A stretch of 32,000 nt of DNA from Alphaproteobacteria bacterium (GCA_017475605.1 JAFVFD010000002.1:90001-122000), one strand, 5' to 3'. Positions 1 to 8,994 are shown, numbered from the stretch's first letter. The notes: generated by a model from the sequence alone, not told the origin. Program-made: numbers and translations.

Positions 1-1905
1 GACTTGGAATTGGAAATGTTGGAATCTGATTCCTATTCCAAAAACATTGAAAAATATTACGACGACGAAGATAGCGAAGAAGATCGCGATAAAACCCGCA
101 ATTTGTTGAATGCAGACGCGGAACAGGTTGATGTTAATGACGAAGACTATGAACATTTCGCCAAACAGTTGGAACGCAGCCAAACCGGTTCATTGGTTTT
201 GGGTGTCCAAGATTCTGTACAGTCATACCTTAAACAAATCGGTACGGTTCAATTGTTGACCGCCGCCGGCGAAGTCGCAATTGCCCAGCGTATCGAGGCC
301 GCATCGCGCCTTATGGTGTATGGTTTATGCGAAAGCCCGATGACTATTCGTGCGATGTTGGACTGGTACCAACAATTATTGAACGAAGATATTCGTTTGC
401 GCTATATCGTTAATTTGGAAGTTATGTATTCATCTGATTCCGAACAGAAATCTTTGGCCGCTTTGTCCGAAGCATTGAAATCCAAGGGGGTTGACGATGT
501 CGATAACCTGGACGATGATGATTTAGACGATTTGGAAGAATCGACTGCATCCGATGAAGAAGATGACGAAGACGAAGAAGATGAAGAAGAAGACGGAATC
601 AAGAAAGATGATACACCACGAGGAACATCGGGTGTTCCAATTCCTGTGATGGAAGAATCGTTAATGCCGATGGTTTTGGAACTTTTTGCCAAAATTAAAC
701 GCACGTTTAATAGCATGCAGAAATTACAGGCCAAACGTTTGGAAAACCTGCTTACTTCGTCAAAGCCAGACGATGCGTTGGAAAAGAAATATGCCAAAAT
801 GCGCCTGGAATTATTTGAAAATGTAAGCAAGATTCGTCTTAACGATGACCGTAATGCCGAAATTATGGAACAATTAACCAAGCGCAATAAACTTTTACAG
901 GGGCTTGAAGGTAAATTGTTGCGTTTGGCGATGGCTAATAAAATTAAACGCGACGACTTCTTGGCTGAATATGTTGGCAATGAAATAAATCGCAACTGGG
1001 TCAAGAAAATGGCAAAGTCCAAGAATCAAACGTGGGTTAACTTTGTCAAGAAACACGAAAAAGATATTTTAAAGATTCAGGAAGATATTACCGCAATTGC
1101 GATGGAAACAGGCCAGCCAACCGCCGAATATAAAAAGGTTGTTGAATTGGTAAGCCATGGTCAAAAAGAAGCCGCCAACGCAAAACGCGAAATGATAGAA
1201 GCGAACTTGCGTCTGGTTATTAAGTTTGCTAAAAAGTCCAGCAATCGTGGTTTGGGACTAGATTTTTCTGATTTGGTCCAGGACGGCAATATCGGTTTGA
1301 TGAAGGCTGTTGATAAATTTGATTACCGTTTGGGGAACAAGTTTTCAACATATGCGACAAACTGGATTCAGCAGGGCATTTCCCGCAGTATCGCGGATCA
1401 GGCGCGCACAATTCGTATCCCTGTGCATATGATTGACAATATACACAAGATTCAACGTGCATCGCGTCAGTTTATGCACAAATATGGCCGCAACCCGACC
1501 GCCGAAGAATTGTCCAAGATTATATACTTGCCTGTGGACAAGATACACAAGGCCATGAAGGTCAATCTGAAACCGATTTCATTAGAGGCACCAGTTGGCA
1601 CCGAAGACGACAGCAGCCGTATTGAAATTATTGCCGACGAAACCGCGAAAAATCCATTTACATCGGCGGCGCAAAAGAATTTGCGCAAGATTGTTACACA
1701 AATCTTGTCTGAATTGGATCCCAAGGAAGAAACTGTTTTGCGTCAACGTTTTGGTATGAGCACCAATAAAACCAGCACCCTGGAAGAGGTCGGTGAATAC
1801 ATCGGTGTTACCCGTGAACGTATCCGCCAGATTGAACAAAAGGCGTTGAATAAACTAAAACACCCAACGCGTGCGCGTAAACTGCGCAGTTTCTTGGAAG
1901 ATTAA
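1..1905 (+). CDS. rpoD: RNA polymerase primary sigma factor RpoD (5' end probably outside window)
   Basis: The frame is open to position 1, and the M at position 4 in the ORF track is a TTG. Region 1.2-like DSVQSYLKQIG is present, followed by a long acidic insert (DDDDLDDLEE..EEDDEDEEDEEED). Region 2 reads LRLVIKFAKK..NRG, DLVQDGNIGLMKAVDKFDY and STYATNWIQQGISRSIADQARTIRIPVHM. Region 4.2 reads TLEEVGEYIGVTRERIRQIEQKALNKLKHP. A hairpin terminator follows. Confidence 0.95.
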   Translation, partial: DLELEMLESDSYSKNIEKYYDDEDSEEDRDKTRNLLNADAEQVDVNDEDYEHFAKQLERSQTGSLVLGVQDSVQSYLKQIGTVQLLTAAGEVAIAQRIEAASRLMVYGLCESPMTIRAMLDWYQQLLNEDIRLRYIVNLEVMYSSDSEQKSLAALSEALKSKGVDDVDNLDDDDLDDLEESTASDEEDDEDEEDEEEDGIKKDDTPRGTSGVPIPVMEESLMPMVLELFAKIKRTFNSMQKLQAKRLENLLTSSKPDDALEKKYAKMRLELFENVSKIRLNDDRNAEIMEQLTKRNKLLQGLEGKLLRLAMANKIKRDDFLAEYVGNEINRNWVKKMAKSKNQTWVNFVKKHEKDILKIQEDITAIAMETGQPTAEYKKVVELVSHGQKEAANAKREMIEANLRLVIKFAKKSSNRGLGLDFSDLVQDGNIGLMKAVDKFDYRLGNKFSTYATNWIQQGISRSIADQARTIRIPVHMIDNIHKIQRASRQFMHKYGRNPTAEELSKIIYLPVDKIHKAMKVNLKPISLEAPVGTEDDSSRIEIIADETAKNPFTSAAQKNLRKIVTQILSELDPKEETVLRQRFGMSTNKTSTLEEVGEYIGVTRERIRQIEQKALNKLKHPTRARKLRSFLED

Positions 1906-1910
1906 CAATT

Positions 1911-1937
1911 GGCCCGCGGGTGTTGCGGGCCTTTTTT
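1911..1937 (+). terminator. Rho-independent terminator after rpoD
   Basis: The stem is GGCCCGC (1911-1917) paired with GCGGGCC (1925-1931), with a 7-nt loop, followed by TTTTTT (1932-1937). Confidence 0.7.
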
Positions 1938-1955
1938 AGTGAAAGGAAGTTATTT

Positions 1956-2633
1956 ATGATAATAGCAGTAGAAGGCGCAGATAAGGCCGGCAAACACACC
2001 CAGGTTATGAAACTGGTTGAATATTTGAACGGGCGGGGCATCGCAACCGAAACACTCGATTTTCCGCGATATAATTCATATTGGGGGCAATTTATTAAAC
2101 GTTATTTAAATGGCGAATTTGGCGAAACGCGTAATTTGCCCGCTGAATACACTATGTTGCCGTATGCCCTGGACAGATTGGCACATATACCACAAATCAA
2201 ACAATGGGTTGATATGGGAAAATGGGTTGTTTTTGATAGATACACATACAGTAACGCATTTTCAATTGCCAAATTGCCACGCGAACAATGGAATGCGAAA
2301 ATATCTCACCTGGAAGATATGGAATTTAACCAGATGGGTATAATTCGTCCAAATCATAATATATATCTGTATTTGCCGGCGCAAATATCGTATTCAATGC
2401 GAAACCAGGGGTTAAAGGCATATCAAAATGGCAAGCCCGATATTCACGAAAGCGATTTAAAATTGTTAACCGATGTGTCAAATGTCTATAAAACAATTGC
2501 TGCGCGCGATACAAAAAATTGGACGGTGGTGGACGAAATGAAGTTGGATGGTACACGAATGAATCCAGACGAGGTTTTTGCGTCCCTGCGGCCAATTATT
2601 GATAAAATGATAATTGGTTCCAAACAAAAATAA
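1956..2633 (+). CDS. Thymidylate (dTMP) kinase family protein, divergent
   Basis: The ATG at 1956 is preceded by GAAAGGAAG (1941-1949). The upstream ORF extension from 1920 overlaps the rpoD terminator and is rejected. The N-terminus MIIAVEGADKAGKHTQ is a P-loop, and DFPRY, ALDR and VFDRYTYSNAF match the Tmk-family layout. The Walker A is atypical (GKH instead of GKS/T). Confidence 0.6.
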   Translation: MIIAVEGADKAGKHTQVMKLVEYLNGRGIATETLDFPRYNSYWGQFIKRYLNGEFGETRNLPAEYTMLPYALDRLAHIPQIKQWVDMGKWVVFDRYTYSNAFSIAKLPREQWNAKISHLEDMEFNQMGIIRPNHNIYLYLPAQISYSMRNQGLKAYQNGKPDIHESDLKLLTDVSNVYKTIAARDTKNWTVVDEMKLDGTRMNPDEVFASLRPIIDKMIIGSKQK

Positions 2634-2662
2634 AACCCGCAACACGCGGGTTATTTTATTTT
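2634..2662. terminator. Bidirectional hairpin terminator between the tmk-like gene and the convergent GT2 gene
   Basis: AACCCGC (2634-2640) pairs with GCGGGTT (2646-2652). The hairpin is flanked by an A-run upstream and ATTTTATTTT downstream, so it is U-rich on both strands. Confidence 0.6.
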
Positions 2663-3768
2663 GTGCGTGCTAATAATTTGCTGCACATATATTTTAACTT
2701 ATATTGATATCCGCATTGGTTGCAATCGTGGTGGTTACATCCGTGGCGGCATTCTGTTGGAATAAATGTGTCCAGCATTGTATCGTATTCAGATTCGTAT
2801 GCCTCGCGTGAATATTTTTCAATATCCGCGGCGGTTTTGTTTGCGTATCTGTGCGCGGCAATATTATATATGCGGGAACTTATGCCAAAATGTGTTTCAC
2901 ATTCCTGTAATAAATAAGCATAGTATTCCAACCGTTTTTTTGTGCGTTCCAGCCGGCGCATGTCGCTTTCGGAATGGTTAGACAACTTGTGCATGGCGGA
3001 ATGCGGGCGGCTTCGATACAAATACCATGCTGGTGTATCGGTTGGTCTTAAAATATATGGGTATTTTTCTTCTATGGCACGAAAGGCATATTGCATAACA
3101 AAGTTCGCGTCTTCAAAGTACATCATATTAGGCACAAAACGCAGGTTCAAAGTGGGATTTGTTTTGTTTATAATGTCTGTGCGATAAAGGGTATTGCAAC
3201 TGCTTATGCGATAGTCTAGAAAGTCCAAACTTTTGTCGTATTTTGGATCGCCTTGCTTTTGTATTTGTTTTAATTGAGAGTTCAAATTATCAAACCGACG
3301 TGTCGGTATAAGTTCTTTGCCATTGCGGGTTACATAGTCCATAGAGCCCACAACCATGGCAGTATCAGGATTGGTCATAAGTGAATCATAAAAGTTTTCT
3401 AAATAATACCTGTCGGTCAGATGCAGGGCTTCTGGTCGGCCCCCGATTAAATCGTCGCCATCAACGAACATCACTGTTTGACCGGTTGCGTTGTCCAGGC
3501 CATAATTACGTGCTAATGATACACCACTGTTTTTAACGCCGTATTTGTTGCGTTTGTCCAGTATCGTTATAACATTAGGATTCTTTTTGGCATAGCGTTC
3601 CAGATGTTTTGTCGTTCCGTCGGTACAGCCATCATCAATACATAAAACCTGGCATCTGTCGATAATATTTTGTTCCATTATCGCATGTAAACAGGGCCGT
3701 ATATACGGTTCTATGTTATAGCATGGAATAATAATAGTCATCAGTTTTGATGCTTTTTGTGTCGACAT
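2656..3768 (-). CDS. Family 2 glycosyltransferase with a C-terminal extension
   Basis: The N-terminus MTIIIPCYNIEPYIRPCLHAIMEQ..CIDDGCTDGT..ARNYGL..FVDGDD is the classic GT2 (GT-A fold, DxD) signature. AAAGG lies about 10 nt upstream of the ATG at 3768. The last ~34 aa are Cys/His-rich. Confidence 0.8.
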   Translation of the reverse strand: MSTQKASKLMTIIIPCYNIEPYIRPCLHAIMEQNIIDRCQVLCIDDGCTDGTTKHLERYAKKNPNVITILDKRNKYGVKNSGVSLARNYGLDNATGQTVMFVDGDDLIGGRPEALHLTDRYYLENFYDSLMTNPDTAMVVGSMDYVTRNGKELIPTRRFDNLNSQLKQIQKQGDPKYDKSLDFLDYRISSCNTLYRTDIINKTNPTLNLRFVPNMMYFEDANFVMQYAFRAIEEKYPYILRPTDTPAWYLYRSRPHSAMHKLSNHSESDMRRLERTKKRLEYYAYLLQECETHFGISSRIYNIAAHRYANKTAADIEKYSREAYESEYDTMLDTFIPTECRHGCNHHDCNQCGYQYKLKYMCSKLLARTK

Positions 3769-3812
3769 TTGCTTATGCCTTTTTATTAATCATACACAAA
3801 AAGCATATTTTG

Positions 3813-5762
3813 TCAATTAATTTGTTCTTTCAGGACTGAATATATCTTTCCTAAATCTGTCTTGACCAGGGCAGCGGCCAATTTTTCTGGATTGTCGGCC
3901 GATTCTGCTGCTGTCATAATTTTATCAAAACTGCGTACGAATTGTGATGATTGCGACCGGAAAACAGTATCTTTCTTTAACATTTCGCGAATTTGCTTCT
4001 TGTCTGCGGCCGTCAACATCTTGGCCAGCCATTTGGAAAATATCGCCTTGTCCCCGTCGTGATATTTTTTCCAAACAGAATCGGGGATATCTACACCGGT
4101 TGCGCGTGTTAAATCTATGGACTGTTCGTGTAGTTTTTCAAACAGTTTTTCACTCTGTGCAACAAAATCAGATGTGCTTACGCGGCCATAGTGTGTGGCG
4201 GGGGCAGCCTTGATAGCGTCCATTGGGGCCGATGCGCGTGCCACCATCATTTGTTTATTAAGTGTCTGCATGGTATCAACAGCCTTGGCATAGTCGGACA
4301 TTAAATCAATCATTTGCTGACGTGAATCGCCGGCCAATTCGTCTAACTGGGTTGCAGATTTGGAAATAGCCTCGGTTGATTCGTTAACGGTCGATTGCAT
4401 CTTTTCTATGGTTGCATTTAATTCGGCAACAATCTTACCCAATGTGTCACCGGCCGCCATTGAATCGCGTGATAATCCGGGCAGAGCCGTATAATACTTT
4501 TCAATAAGTTCTGACAATGGCTGTAATTGTTCGGTTGTTTCGCGCGACATTTTGATAAGGTTTTCAGATTGGCCGGACAACTGTGTGTGTGCGGTGTTCA
4601 TTTCTATAAGTGTTTCGCGTACGCCCGTACCCATTGTCTTTACTGATTCAGAAAACGCGGTTGCGGCCGTTTTTGTGTTTTCCAATGTTATGTTTGCAAC
4701 ACCGGAAACCGTTTTTAATTCAGAAACAACACCTGTCGCGAAATCTGATATTTCGTGCTGGAATCTGTTGGTAAGGTGGGATAACTCTTCGGATACATTA
4801 CGTACAGATGATTCTGTCGTGGTTGCAGATGCAGTAAGCGCATCAATCGCATCAGACAATTTGCGTATTTGTTTTTCTATTGATGTTTCCGTAAGGCGAA
4901 CCTGACCTGCGACAACATTGGCGGTATTTGTGATAGTATTTGTTTGGCTGGCCAGTTGTTTTTTTGATTGTCTGGTAAAGGCATCCATTTTAGCAAGGTG
5001 GTTGTCCAACATTTCATTATTCTTGGCCATAATGTCGGAATATTCTGCCGATGTATTTTGGACATTTGTAAAACCATCTGCGGTCGATTGTGCCAGGCTG
5101 GTTAATGATTGTTGCAGGGTATTTGTTTTTTCAGTGATGTCCGACATCTGATTTGAATTTGAATCAAACTCTTCGTGTAACTTTTGACTTAATTCGTTAC
5201 CCGTTGCAACCCATGATTCTATTTGATTTTGTATCTGGGAAACGGCGGTTGTTGTATCTTGATTTGTTTTATCAATTCTTGATAATAATTCATTGACGGA
5301 TGCGGAAAATTTTTCGGATGCTGTTGTTGTATCTTCCCATGATTTTGAACTTACAACGGCATTCAGTCCGTCCAATGTGTTATCAAGCCGACCGGACATT
5401 TGAACCAATTTTTTTGTCGCATCATCTGCGGTAGATAACAGTTTTTCATTTTGGTCTGTTAATTGATTTTTTAATTCGTTTGCCTGGGCGATTTGACCGT
5501 TTAACGTATCGCACATTATTTTGAAATTGTGTTCAATTTTTGTAATTTCATCGGCCATTATTTTATTAAGTACGCGCACTGCATCACTTACATGTGCGCT
5601 TTCGGGACGCAGCATGATATCCAACATTGATTGCATAACGCGTTGAGATTTGCGTGAAACAAAAAACAGAACCCCAAGTGCTAGTATCAACAGTATGCCA
5701 ACGGCCCCTGTAAAATATAACCAAAAATTACTTGCTAATAATACTGTTCCTTGTCCTTCCAT
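3813..5762 (-). CDS. Membrane-anchored long coiled-coil protein, function unknown
   Basis: This is a 649-aa ORF. It has one N-terminal hydrophobic helix (FWLYFTGAVGILLILALGVLFFV), then ~500 aa rich in Q/T/S/E/N/L that look helical. A distinct C-terminal block reads DIPDSVWKKYHDGDKAIFSKWLAKML...FRSQSSQFVRSFDKIM. I recognise no catalytic motif. Confidence 0.7.
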   Translation of the reverse strand: MEGQGTVLLASNFWLYFTGAVGILLILALGVLFFVSRKSQRVMQSMLDIMLRPESAHVSDAVRVLNKIMADEITKIEHNFKIMCDTLNGQIAQANELKNQLTDQNEKLLSTADDATKKLVQMSGRLDNTLDGLNAVVSSKSWEDTTTASEKFSASVNELLSRIDKTNQDTTTAVSQIQNQIESWVATGNELSQKLHEEFDSNSNQMSDITEKTNTLQQSLTSLAQSTADGFTNVQNTSAEYSDIMAKNNEMLDNHLAKMDAFTRQSKKQLASQTNTITNTANVVAGQVRLTETSIEKQIRKLSDAIDALTASATTTESSVRNVSEELSHLTNRFQHEISDFATGVVSELKTVSGVANITLENTKTAATAFSESVKTMGTGVRETLIEMNTAHTQLSGQSENLIKMSRETTEQLQPLSELIEKYYTALPGLSRDSMAAGDTLGKIVAELNATIEKMQSTVNESTEAISKSATQLDELAGDSRQQMIDLMSDYAKAVDTMQTLNKQMMVARASAPMDAIKAAPATHYGRVSTSDFVAQSEKLFEKLHEQSIDLTRATGVDIPDSVWKKYHDGDKAIFSKWLAKMLTAADKKQIREMLKKDTVFRSQSSQFVRSFDKIMTAAESADNPEKLAAALVKTDLGKIYSVLKEQIN

Positions 5763-5805
5763 CTTTCAAATCCCCCCAAAATATAAACGATTGCCAATAT
5801 CGTTC

Positions 5806-5834
5806 TTGCAGTTCGTAATGATTTATACTAGAAT
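5806..5834 (+). promoter_or_regulatory. Candidate sigma70-type promoter for addA
   Basis: TTGCAG (5806-5811), a 17-nt spacer, then TAGAAT (5829-5834), about 25 nt upstream of the addA ATG. This is pattern match only. Confidence 0.3.
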
Positions 5835-5858
5835 ATTTACAATAAAGCAAGGGCATAA

Positions 5859-8519
5859 ATGAAAGAAAAACCACCACTTTCACCAGAACAAGATCGTGCG
5901 GCAAATCCGGCCAATAACATTTGGGTCCAGGCAAACGCAGGCACCGGTAAAACCAGCGTTTTGGTTGAACGGTTGTTGCGTATTTTGTTTCGAACCGATG
6001 ATATTGCGCATAATGGTATTTTGTGCCTTACCTATACCAAGGCGGGTGCCGGTGAAATGCGTAATCGTATTTTGAAATGGCTGCGTGAATGGGCGCTGGC
6101 ATCAGACGAAGAATTGGTAAAATTATTGCGTGATGTTGCGTTGCATAAACCCGCAACTGCCGCAGATATTGCCCATGCACGCGAGGTTTTCTTTTGGTAT
6201 ATTGATAATCCCGAAACACTTAAAATAAAAACCATTCACAGTTTTTGTGAAGAAATCTTACACCGATTTCCAATCGAGGCTGGCATTTCACCGGCATGGA
6301 CAATGGTTTTGGACGAAAACCAGCGTGTATTACAGTTAGAAGCTTTTGAACGGTTGTTAAGGGCCGGGGTGTTAGAGCCAGAAAAATACGGTCGCGTAGA
6401 AGGTGCGTTTGCGCGCCTTGTAAATGTATTAAGCGAGTATCGTTTGTCCGATTTTGTACGTGCTTTGGGTGGACAATACGAACATTTTTTCTTGGTTGAA
6501 GATGTGGAACGTTATCGCAAATACTTTGTTGATACGATTAAATATTTTCTAAATTTAAATACGGTTCCGCAATTAGAAAAACCGGCATCTGAACTTGAAG
6601 AAATTATTAAAAATACAGAAATCGAACAAAATAGCAGAAAAACACCGGCAGTGTACTTGTCTGATATAATAACATTAACCAAACAGTATATTGATAAAAC
6701 TATTGATTTTGATGAATATAAATATGCCTATTTATTAAAAACATCAGGAATGCCAAATGGCAAGTTGAAAAAACACGATTTTTTAATTGATGAAATGGAA
6801 CGTGTGTTTGCTGTTGACCAATACAATCAAAATATGGAGTTGTTTAATGATACAATGGCATTGTTTGATTTGTCGGCGGCATTTGCGACCATGTATCGTG
6901 GTATAAAACAACAGCGAAACTTGCTTGATTTTGAAGACTTGGTTTTATACACACGCAAATTATTTTCCAGGCCCGATGTTATGGGGTGGGTGCTGTCGCA
7001 ATTGGATGTATCGTTGTCGCATATCTTGGTTGATGAAGCCCAGGACACATCGCCACTGCATTGGGACGTTTTAACGATGATGCTGGGGGATTTCTTTGTG
7101 AACGGCGATACCAAATCTGATAAGCATTCTTTGTTTATTGTTGGTGATCCGAAACAAGCTATCTTTGGGTTCCAAGGTGCCGATTTCCATGCGTTTTCCA
7201 ACAGTTTTTCTGAAATTACACGACATATACAAAATAATTTACGCACGATTCAAGAAATCCCATTGGAACAAAGTTTTCGTTCGTTGTCGTCAATATTATA
7301 TGTGGTTGATGAATTCTTTAATGACGATGTTGTTAAACAAAAAACAGGTTTCCATAACAATTCCCATTTTTGCCATCGTAAAAAAGATGGTATGGGACTT
7401 GTTGAATTACACAGGTTGGTATCAAATGCCAGAACTGGGGCGACCGTTGATGGCTATATAGATATGATAGCCGATAAAATAAAATCAATGATAGATTCTG
7501 GCGAACGCAAGCCAAGTGATATTATGGTGCTGGTCCAACGAAGAAAACCATTGGCTAATTTATTGGTTACCGCGTTAAAGAAAAGGGACATAGATGTAGC
7601 AGGCAGCGATCGTATATATTTACCAATGTTTCCTGCGATACGCGATCTGATGAACCTGGTGCGATTTTGTATAAATACCGCCGACGATTATAGTTTGTGT
7701 TGTGTGTTAAAAAGTCCGATTTTCCGTTTGTCCGAAGCCGATATTTTTAATTTGTGTAAAATAAAAAACGATACAAATAATGCCAATAAAGACGGTCCAC
7801 AAATAACGGTTTTTGAGGTCTTGGGGAACACCCATCCGGATATCTATAATCGTTTAAAATCAATAACTGAAATGTCGTTGTTAGATGGTCCTTATACTTT
7901 CTTTTCAAGGATACTTGATTCGGGTGTGCGGCATGATTTTATATCGGCCCTGGGGCCCCAGGCAATTGATCCGTTGGAAGAGTTTATGACAATGTGTCTT
8001 TCTTACGAAAGAACCCAACCTGGTACCATGCGCCATTTTCTTAAATGGTTTGTTACGGGTGGTGCCGAAATAAAGCGCGATGTTGATGCGGCATCCGGGG
8101 TAAGAGTTGTTACCGCCCATGGAAGCAAGGGGCTTGAAGCACCAGTTGTGTTCCTTATTGATACAACAACACTGCCAAAACCAGAATCTGTTTTCCCAAT
8201 AACGCCGTCAATTATGCCGAAAAATGTGGCCGTTGACGAAAGTGTCCCAAGTCCCTGGATTTGGCAGGCGCACAAAACAACCAGCGAACAGGTCGGTGTT
8301 GCCAGCGATTTGCTTATGAATGATAAATTTGAAGAGTATTACCGGCTGTTATATGTTGCGATGACACGCGCACGTGATGAATTATATATTTATGGATACA
8401 GCAGATATAACGCAGCAAATGAAAAATCGTGGTATTCGTTATTGTGGGATAAATTAATAACAGTTGACGGCGCAACCGTCGTGGATGATGATACAATCAG
8501 GATAATACATGACAAATAA
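5859..8519 (+). CDS. addA: AddA-type UvrD/Rep superfamily-1 helicase (helicase portion of the double-strand-break repair helicase-nuclease AddA)
   Basis: AddA-type N-terminus QDRAANPANNIWVQANAGTGKTSVLVERLLRIL (Walker A). Motif II is VDEAQDTSP, motif III is VGDPKQAIFGFQGAD and motif IV is EQSFRS. Further motifs are VTAHGSKGLEAPVVFLID and RLLYVAMTRARDELYIYG. RBS AAGGG lies 7 nt upstream. The ORF ends at 8519 without a nuclease domain. Confidence 0.85.
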   Translation: MKEKPPLSPEQDRAANPANNIWVQANAGTGKTSVLVERLLRILFRTDDIAHNGILCLTYTKAGAGEMRNRILKWLREWALASDEELVKLLRDVALHKPATAADIAHAREVFFWYIDNPETLKIKTIHSFCEEILHRFPIEAGISPAWTMVLDENQRVLQLEAFERLLRAGVLEPEKYGRVEGAFARLVNVLSEYRLSDFVRALGGQYEHFFLVEDVERYRKYFVDTIKYFLNLNTVPQLEKPASELEEIIKNTEIEQNSRKTPAVYLSDIITLTKQYIDKTIDFDEYKYAYLLKTSGMPNGKLKKHDFLIDEMERVFAVDQYNQNMELFNDTMALFDLSAAFATMYRGIKQQRNLLDFEDLVLYTRKLFSRPDVMGWVLSQLDVSLSHILVDEAQDTSPLHWDVLTMMLGDFFVNGDTKSDKHSLFIVGDPKQAIFGFQGADFHAFSNSFSEITRHIQNNLRTIQEIPLEQSFRSLSSILYVVDEFFNDDVVKQKTGFHNNSHFCHRKKDGMGLVELHRLVSNARTGATVDGYIDMIADKIKSMIDSGERKPSDIMVLVQRRKPLANLLVTALKKRDIDVAGSDRIYLPMFPAIRDLMNLVRFCINTADDYSLCCVLKSPIFRLSEADIFNLCKIKNDTNNANKDGPQITVFEVLGNTHPDIYNRLKSITEMSLLDGPYTFFSRILDSGVRHDFISALGPQAIDPLEEFMTMCLSYERTQPGTMRHFLKWFVTGGAEIKRDVDAASGVRVVTAHGSKGLEAPVVFLIDTTTLPKPESVFPITPSIMPKNVAVDESVPSPWIWQAHKTTSEQVGVASDLLMNDKFEEYYRLLYVAMTRARDELYIYGYSRYNAANEKSWYSLLWDKLITVDGATVVDDDTIRIIHDK

Positions 8520-8952
8520 ATTACGCGAATTTTTAAGTGAATACGATGCGCAAAAACATGCAACTGATGTTGGTACACAAATGCACGAAATGTTGCGTCG
8601 TATTCGCACACTGGATGATTGTGATAAAGTTGATTCTGAATTAAAATCGCACTTAAAATCTGTACCGGGACTAGATGTATTCTTTACAGAGTCTGCCCGA
8701 ACGGAAGTACCAATTGCGGGAATTGTAAACGGTGCCTTTGTTAGTCGCAGAATCGACAGGTTAATAGTTGATGACGAACACAAGATTGTTCGAATATTGG
8801 ACTATAAAACCGACGTTGATAAAACTGTTTATCGCGATAAATACAATTATCAATTGTCTGAATATGTCAAATTAATACGACAAATATATCCAGACTATCG
8901 CATTGAAAGCAGTATTTTATGGCTACACGATTGGGTGCTGGAAAAACTATAA
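8509..8952 (+). CDS. PD-(D/E)XK (RecB-family) nuclease domain protein, corresponding to the C-terminal nuclease domain of AddA as a separate ORF
   Basis: Nuclease motifs are GTQMHEMLRRI, EVPIAG....SRRIDRLIVDD, VRILDYKTD and YNYQLSEYVKLIRQIYP (the D / D-x-K / Q..Y pattern of RecB-family nucleases). The ATG at 8509 overlaps the helicase ORF by 11 nt in the +1 frame. AGGA at 8499-8502 sits 6 nt upstream. Confidence 0.75.
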   Translation: MTNKLREFLSEYDAQKHATDVGTQMHEMLRRIRTLDDCDKVDSELKSHLKSVPGLDVFFTESARTEVPIAGIVNGAFVSRRIDRLIVDDEHKIVRILDYKTDVDKTVYRDKYNYQLSEYVKLIRQIYPDYRIESSILWLHDWVLEKL

Positions 8953-8994
8953 AAACCCTTGAATTGTGTGCGTCTGTTTGAGTATAATTTCGGC

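Noticed and set aside
520-600. A GA-rich repetitive tract (gaagaagatgacgaagacgaagaagatgaagaagaagac).
   Set aside because: It is the in-frame acidic low-complexity insert of sigma70, a normal feature of RpoD non-conserved regions, not a regulatory or mobile repeat.
402-1022. A 206-aa minus-strand ORF containing a poly-Ser run.
   Set aside because: It is the antisense shadow of the acidic GAA/GAT-rich stretch of rpoD. Poly-Ser is the reverse-complement reading of poly-Asp/Glu codons.
1920-1955. The upstream extension of the tmk-like ORF (GTG at 1920).
   Set aside because: The extension is made of the rpoD terminator hairpin and T-run. An ATG with a good RBS is available at 1956.
6827-7246. 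A 139-aa minus-strand ORF inside addA.
   Set aside because: It is antisense to strongly supported helicase motifs, with no RBS or recognisable domain.
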